A stretch of DNA of 64,000 nucleotides, from NCBI GenBank assembly GCA_037441385.1, contig JBBISH010000002.1:64001-128000 (forward strand), written 5' to 3'. Shown in pieces: positions 60,530 to 64,000 of the stretch (positions are counted from its first letter, which is position 1; each line of letters opens with the position of its first letter). This DNA is from Myxococcales bacterium (GTDB taxonomy: Bacteria; Myxococcota_A; UBA9042). The translations under genes were made by a program, and so were the position numbers. The notes beneath the pieces were generated by a model, which did not search any database, was not told the DNA's origin, and was given only the letters and a program-made list of their open reading frames with translations.

Positions 60530-61885
60530 GTGGCCGATGCAAGCACGCTCGACTCCATGCAAGATCCCGCGATGGCTGACGATCTCAGCGATCTGCAGGC
60601 CGCCCACGGCCCCACCCTGGTGACCCAGGGCATCCGGGCGCCGCGCTCGGAGAAGGCGCTGATTCCCGTGCCCGTCGGCATGGATTGGCCGCTGTTTGCG
60701 GTCATCCTGGCGCTGCTGACCACGGGCGTGATCATGGCGTACTCGGCCAGCGTGTACGCGGCCCTGCGCTTGACGCACACGGACGACCAGCTGTTCTTGA
60801 ACAAGCACCTGGTGCACGCCAGCATCGCCCTGCTGATGGTGCTGGTCGGCGCACACATTCCCTACCAGGCGTGGCGGAAGGTCGCGTATTTTGGTCTCTT
60901 TACCTCGGTAGCGCTGCTGGTCGCCACACTGGCCTTTGGCGTGGTGGTCAACAAGGCCCGCCGTTGGCTGGCGTTGCCGGGGTTCATGTTCCAGCCGTCC
61001 GAGCTGGCCAAGCTGTGCTTTGCGATCTACCTGGCCCACTCGCTGACCAAGAAGATCTCCAGCGAGCGCGTGCACAAGTTCTCGGTGGGCTTCTTGCCGC
61101 ACGCGCTGGCGTGGCTGGTCGTCTTCGGCTTGTGCATGAAGCAGCCCGACTTGGGCACCGGCATCGTGCTCGCGGTGCTGCTGTTCAGCATGACCTACAT
61201 CGCCGGCACCAACATGGCCTACGTGGTGTTTGCGGGCGGCTTTGGCGTGCTGGCCCTGGTGTCGTTCATCCTAAAGAACCCCATGCGTTTCAAGCGGGTG
61301 TTGGCCTTCTTGGATCCGTTCAAGTACTTCGACACCACCGGCTTCCAGCTGGGCAACAGCAAGATCGCCGTGGCCACCGGCGGCATCTTTGGCAACGGCC
61401 TGGGGCTGTCGCGGCAGAAGCTGGGCTTCGTGCCCGAGTGCCACACCGACTTCATCCTGTCGATCATCGCCGAAGAGCTGGGCCTGCTGGGCGTGGCGCT
61501 GGTCGGTTTGGCCTTTGTGTTTCTGATTTTGCGCGGTCTCCGTATCGCCCTGCGGGCGCGCGACGAGTTCGGCCGCCTGCTGGCCGCGGGTGTGACGGTG
61601 CTGCTGGGCACCCAAGCTGCGGTTAATTTTGGCGTGGTGATGGGCACTTTGCCCACCAAGGGCCTGACCCTGCCCTTCGTCAGCCACGGCGGCTCGTCGA
61701 TGATCGTGCTGGGCCTGGCGGCGGGCATCCTGCTCAACGTGGGCCGTGGCGGCAACCCGGACTTCGCCTGGCCCGAGCTCCCCGCCTTCCTCCAGCGTCG
61801 CCGCCAGGCCGGTGCGCCGCGCAACCAGCGTTCGGACAGCCACCGCGCCGTGGTCGCCGAGCGGACCGTGCGGGGTGAGTCATGA
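60530..61885 (+). CDS. ftsW: SEDS peptidoglycan polymerase FtsW
   Basis: YSAS, ARRWL, FQPSELAK, QPDLGT, PECHTDFI, PTKGLTLPFVSHGGSS. Confidence 0.95.
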   Translation: MADASTLDSMQDPAMADDLSDLQAAHGPTLVTQGIRAPRSEKALIPVPVGMDWPLFAVILALLTTGVIMAYSASVYAALRLTHTDDQLFLNKHLVHASIALLMVLVGAHIPYQAWRKVAYFGLFTSVALLVATLAFGVVVNKARRWLALPGFMFQPSELAKLCFAIYLAHSLTKKISSERVHKFSVGFLPHALAWLVVFGLCMKQPDLGTGIVLAVLLFSMTYIAGTNMAYVVFAGGFGVLALVSFILKNPMRFKRVLAFLDPFKYFDTTGFQLGNSKIAVATGGIFGNGLGLSRQKLGFVPECHTDFILSIIAEELGLLGVALVGLAFVFLILRGLRIALRARDEFGRLLAAGVTVLLGTQAAVNFGVVMGTLPTKGLTLPFVSHGGSSMIVLGLAAGILLNVGRGGNPDFAWPELPAFLQRRRQAGAPRNQRSDSHRAVVAERTVRGES

Positions 61886-62997
61886 CTGGGGCGGCGCCGA
61901 TGGTCGTGCTGGCCGGCGGCGGCACGGGCGGGCATGTCGTGCCGGCACTGGCCTTGGCCGACGCCTTCAAAGCCGCGGGCTCGCCTGTGGTTTTTGTGGG
62001 CACGGCCCATGGCTACGAAACCCGCATGGTGCCCAAGCGCGGCTACACACTGCACACGGTGCAAGGCTCGCGGCTAGTGGGCGGCGGCATCCTGGCCAAG
62101 CTGCGCGGTATGCGGGCCCTGTGGCGGGGCGTGCGCGAGGCGCGCAAGCTGTTCCGCGAGCTGCAGCCCAAGCTGGTGGTCGGCGTCGGCGGCTACGCCT
62201 CGGGCGCGGCGCTGTTGGCCGCCCGCAGCATGGGGATCGCCTGCGCGATTCACGAGAGCAATGCGGTGCCCGGACTGACCAACAAGGTGCTGGGCCGCAT
62301 CGTCCATCGGGTGTACTTGGGCTTTGCCGCGGCGCGCAGCGCATTTTCGGCGAGCAAGTCGGTGCTGTCGGGCAATCCGGTGCGCGCCGAGATCGCCGCC
62401 GTGGGCGCCTCGCGGACCTATCGCGGCGATCGCCCGGCCCGCGTGCTGGTGGTGGGCGGATCGCAAGGCTCCGAGTTCTTGAACCAACACGTGCCCAAGA
62501 TGCTGAACAAGGTACGGCAGGCCGGTATGGCGCTGGAAGTGCGGCATCAAGTCGGCAAGCTCGCGCCGGCTCCCGTTCAAGCGGCCTACGCCGAATCCGG
62601 ACTGCAAGCGAGCGTGGAAGGTTTCATCGACGACATGGCGGGCGCCTACGCCTGGGCCGACTTCGCCGTGACGCGCGCGGGTTCCGGGACTGTGGCCGAA
62701 CTGGCGGCGGCGGCTTTGCCAGCCCTGCTCGTGCCCTTCCCCTATGCCGCCGGTGACCACCAAGCCGCCAACGCTCAGGCCTACTGCAAGCCGGGCAGCG
62801 GGGCGTGGGTGCGCCAAACGGTGTGGCGTTCGGACGAAGTGGCGCACATGGCCACCACGCTGTTTGGCACCGAACTGGCATGGAACAAGTGCGTGGCCGC
62901 CGCCAAGTCGATGGCTCTGGCCGATGCAGCCGGCACGGTGGTGCGCGACTGCGGCAACTGGGTCGACGTTGCGGCCTGGCGCGAGGTGAAGGCATGA
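61882..62997 (+). CDS. murG: Lipid II GlcNAc transferase MurG
   Basis: AGGGTGGH, GGYAS, HESN, GNPVR, GGSQG, RAGSGT.AEL, HQ..NA. Confidence 0.97.
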   Translation: MTGAAPMVVLAGGGTGGHVVPALALADAFKAAGSPVVFVGTAHGYETRMVPKRGYTLHTVQGSRLVGGGILAKLRGMRALWRGVREARKLFRELQPKLVVGVGGYASGAALLAARSMGIACAIHESNAVPGLTNKVLGRIVHRVYLGFAAARSAFSASKSVLSGNPVRAEIAAVGASRTYRGDRPARVLVVGGSQGSEFLNQHVPKMLNKVRQAGMALEVRHQVGKLAPAPVQAAYAESGLQASVEGFIDDMAGAYAWADFAVTRAGSGTVAELAAAALPALLVPFPYAAGDHQAANAQAYCKPGSGAWVRQTVWRSDEVAHMATTLFGTELAWNKCVAAAKSMALADAAGTVVRDCGNWVDVAAWREVKA

Positions 62998-64000
62998 TCG
63001 GCTCCCGCAAGAAGCAACCGGTCAACCAGCGCCGCGCCCAGCGCGTGCCCCTGCGCGATCGCCTGGGCGCGCTCCGCGAGCGGGGCCGCACGTGGTGGCA
63101 GGGCTTGGGCAAAGAGCGCCCGGCCGAGGCCGACAGCGATGAAATCGAGATCGAGGTCGAGGCCGACGAAACCGTAGACGGCGGCTGGTGGTCTTGGCTG
63201 ATCTGGGGCACGGCCGCGCTCTGCTTGGGCATCGTGGGCCTAGCCATGCTCAACCTGCGCGACTTCCAGACCCGCATCGAGACGGGCGTGGCGAGCAAGT
63301 TCGAGGTGAAAGGTTGGAAACGGGTCACGCAGCAGCAAGTGCTGGGGGCATCCGGAGTTCGTTGGGGTACCCCGCTCACGGCTATCGACCGCGACACGGT
63401 CAGCCGCGCCATCGAGACGCTACCGTGGGTGCGTCAGGCCGAGGTCGAAGCTGAGCTGCCCAACAAAGTCAGCTTCCGTGTCACCGAGTACGTGCCGTAT
63501 GCGTTGCTGCTGGGCCGCGACCGCTTGATGATCGTTGACAAAGACGGCTTCGTGTTCAAAGAGGCAGAGTTGGGCGAGGCCGGCGATCTTCCCGTGATTA
63601 CAGGATTTTCCCCCACGGTCAGCCGCGACGCCCACGCCCGCGGTCCGCAAGTCGAGCCGACCACGGACCAAACGGCCGAGCGCCGCCGCTTGCGCACCGT
63701 GCTGCGGCTGATCGAGGCCCACGGCCAAAGCAACCTGGTCGAGCGGTTCCCACTGTCCGAAGTGCACTGGGATCCGGTCCTGGGCATCACGCTGGTTTCG
63801 GCCCGCGATGGCGCCGAACTGCGGCTGGGCCTGACGCTCGGCAACGACCCCAACCGCGCGCTGGCCGTGGCGGGCCGGGTTCTAGCCCAGGCCGACAAGT
63901 CGGGCGAGTGGCTGCGCTATGCGCTGCTCGACGACGAACTGCGGCCCGACCGCGTAGTTGTCCGCACCCAGGCGCCGAGTTCGCTGGCGGGCGGTGCGGC
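62994..64000 (+). CDS. ftsQ: Cell division protein FtsQ/DivIB (runs off the window)
   Basis: Manual translation from the ATG at 62994 (ATGA overlap): basic N-terminus, TM, POTRA-like FEVKG.KRVT..QVL...LPWVRQAEV...LPNKV.F.VTEY.P.A. Confidence 0.88.
   Translation, partial: MIGSRKKQPVNQRRAQRVPLRDRLGALRERGRTWWQGLGKERPAEADSDEIEIEVEADETVDGGWWSWLIWGTAALCLGIVGLAMLNLRDFQTRIETGVASKFEVKGWKRVTQQQVLGASGVRWGTPLTAIDRDTVSRAIETLPWVRQAEVEAELPNKVSFRVTEYVPYALLLGRDRLMIVDKDGFVFKEAELGEAGDLPVITGFSPTVSRDAHARGPQVEPTTDQTAERRRLRTVLRLIEAHGQSNLVERFPLSEVHWDPVLGITLVSARDGAELRLGLTLGNDPNRALAVAGRVLAQADKSGEWLRYALLDDELRPDRVVVRTQAPSSLAGGA

Overview
GC-rich bacterial chromosome segment. The gene content (Hanks kinase, FHA/sigma-54-type activator, Cys-rich lipoprotein, Tgl-like pilotin) suggests Myxococcota; this assignment is inference. 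From left to right it holds: a rearranged str/S10 ribosomal operon (rpsL-rpsG-fusA-rpsJ-rplD-rplW-rplB', lacking tuf and rplC) with a consensus sigma-70 promoter and a ~390-nt leader; a 243-bp element bounded by perfect 21-bp inverted repeats; mlaF-mlaD; methylmalonyl-CoA epimerase; polA translationally coupled to a Cys-rich repeat lipoprotein that has a sigma-54-like promoter and a 4x13-bp tandem repeat upstream; MBL hydrolase, hpt and upp; a MoxR/DUF58/vWA cluster; a large lytic transglycosylase; a run of Ser/Thr kinase, degenerate FHA-enhancer-binding protein, sigma-region-4-like mini-protein and 53-aa basic protein; hydrolases and peptidases; hemW, maf and yggS; and an atypical dcw cluster (mraZ-rsmH-ftsL-[pilotin]-ftsI-murEF fusion-mraY-ftsW-murG-ftsQ'). 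No rRNA, tRNA, CRISPR array or intact transposase was seen. All product calls come from motif recognition by eye, with no database search. Several start codons were moved downstream from the ORF track using RBS and stop/start overlaps.
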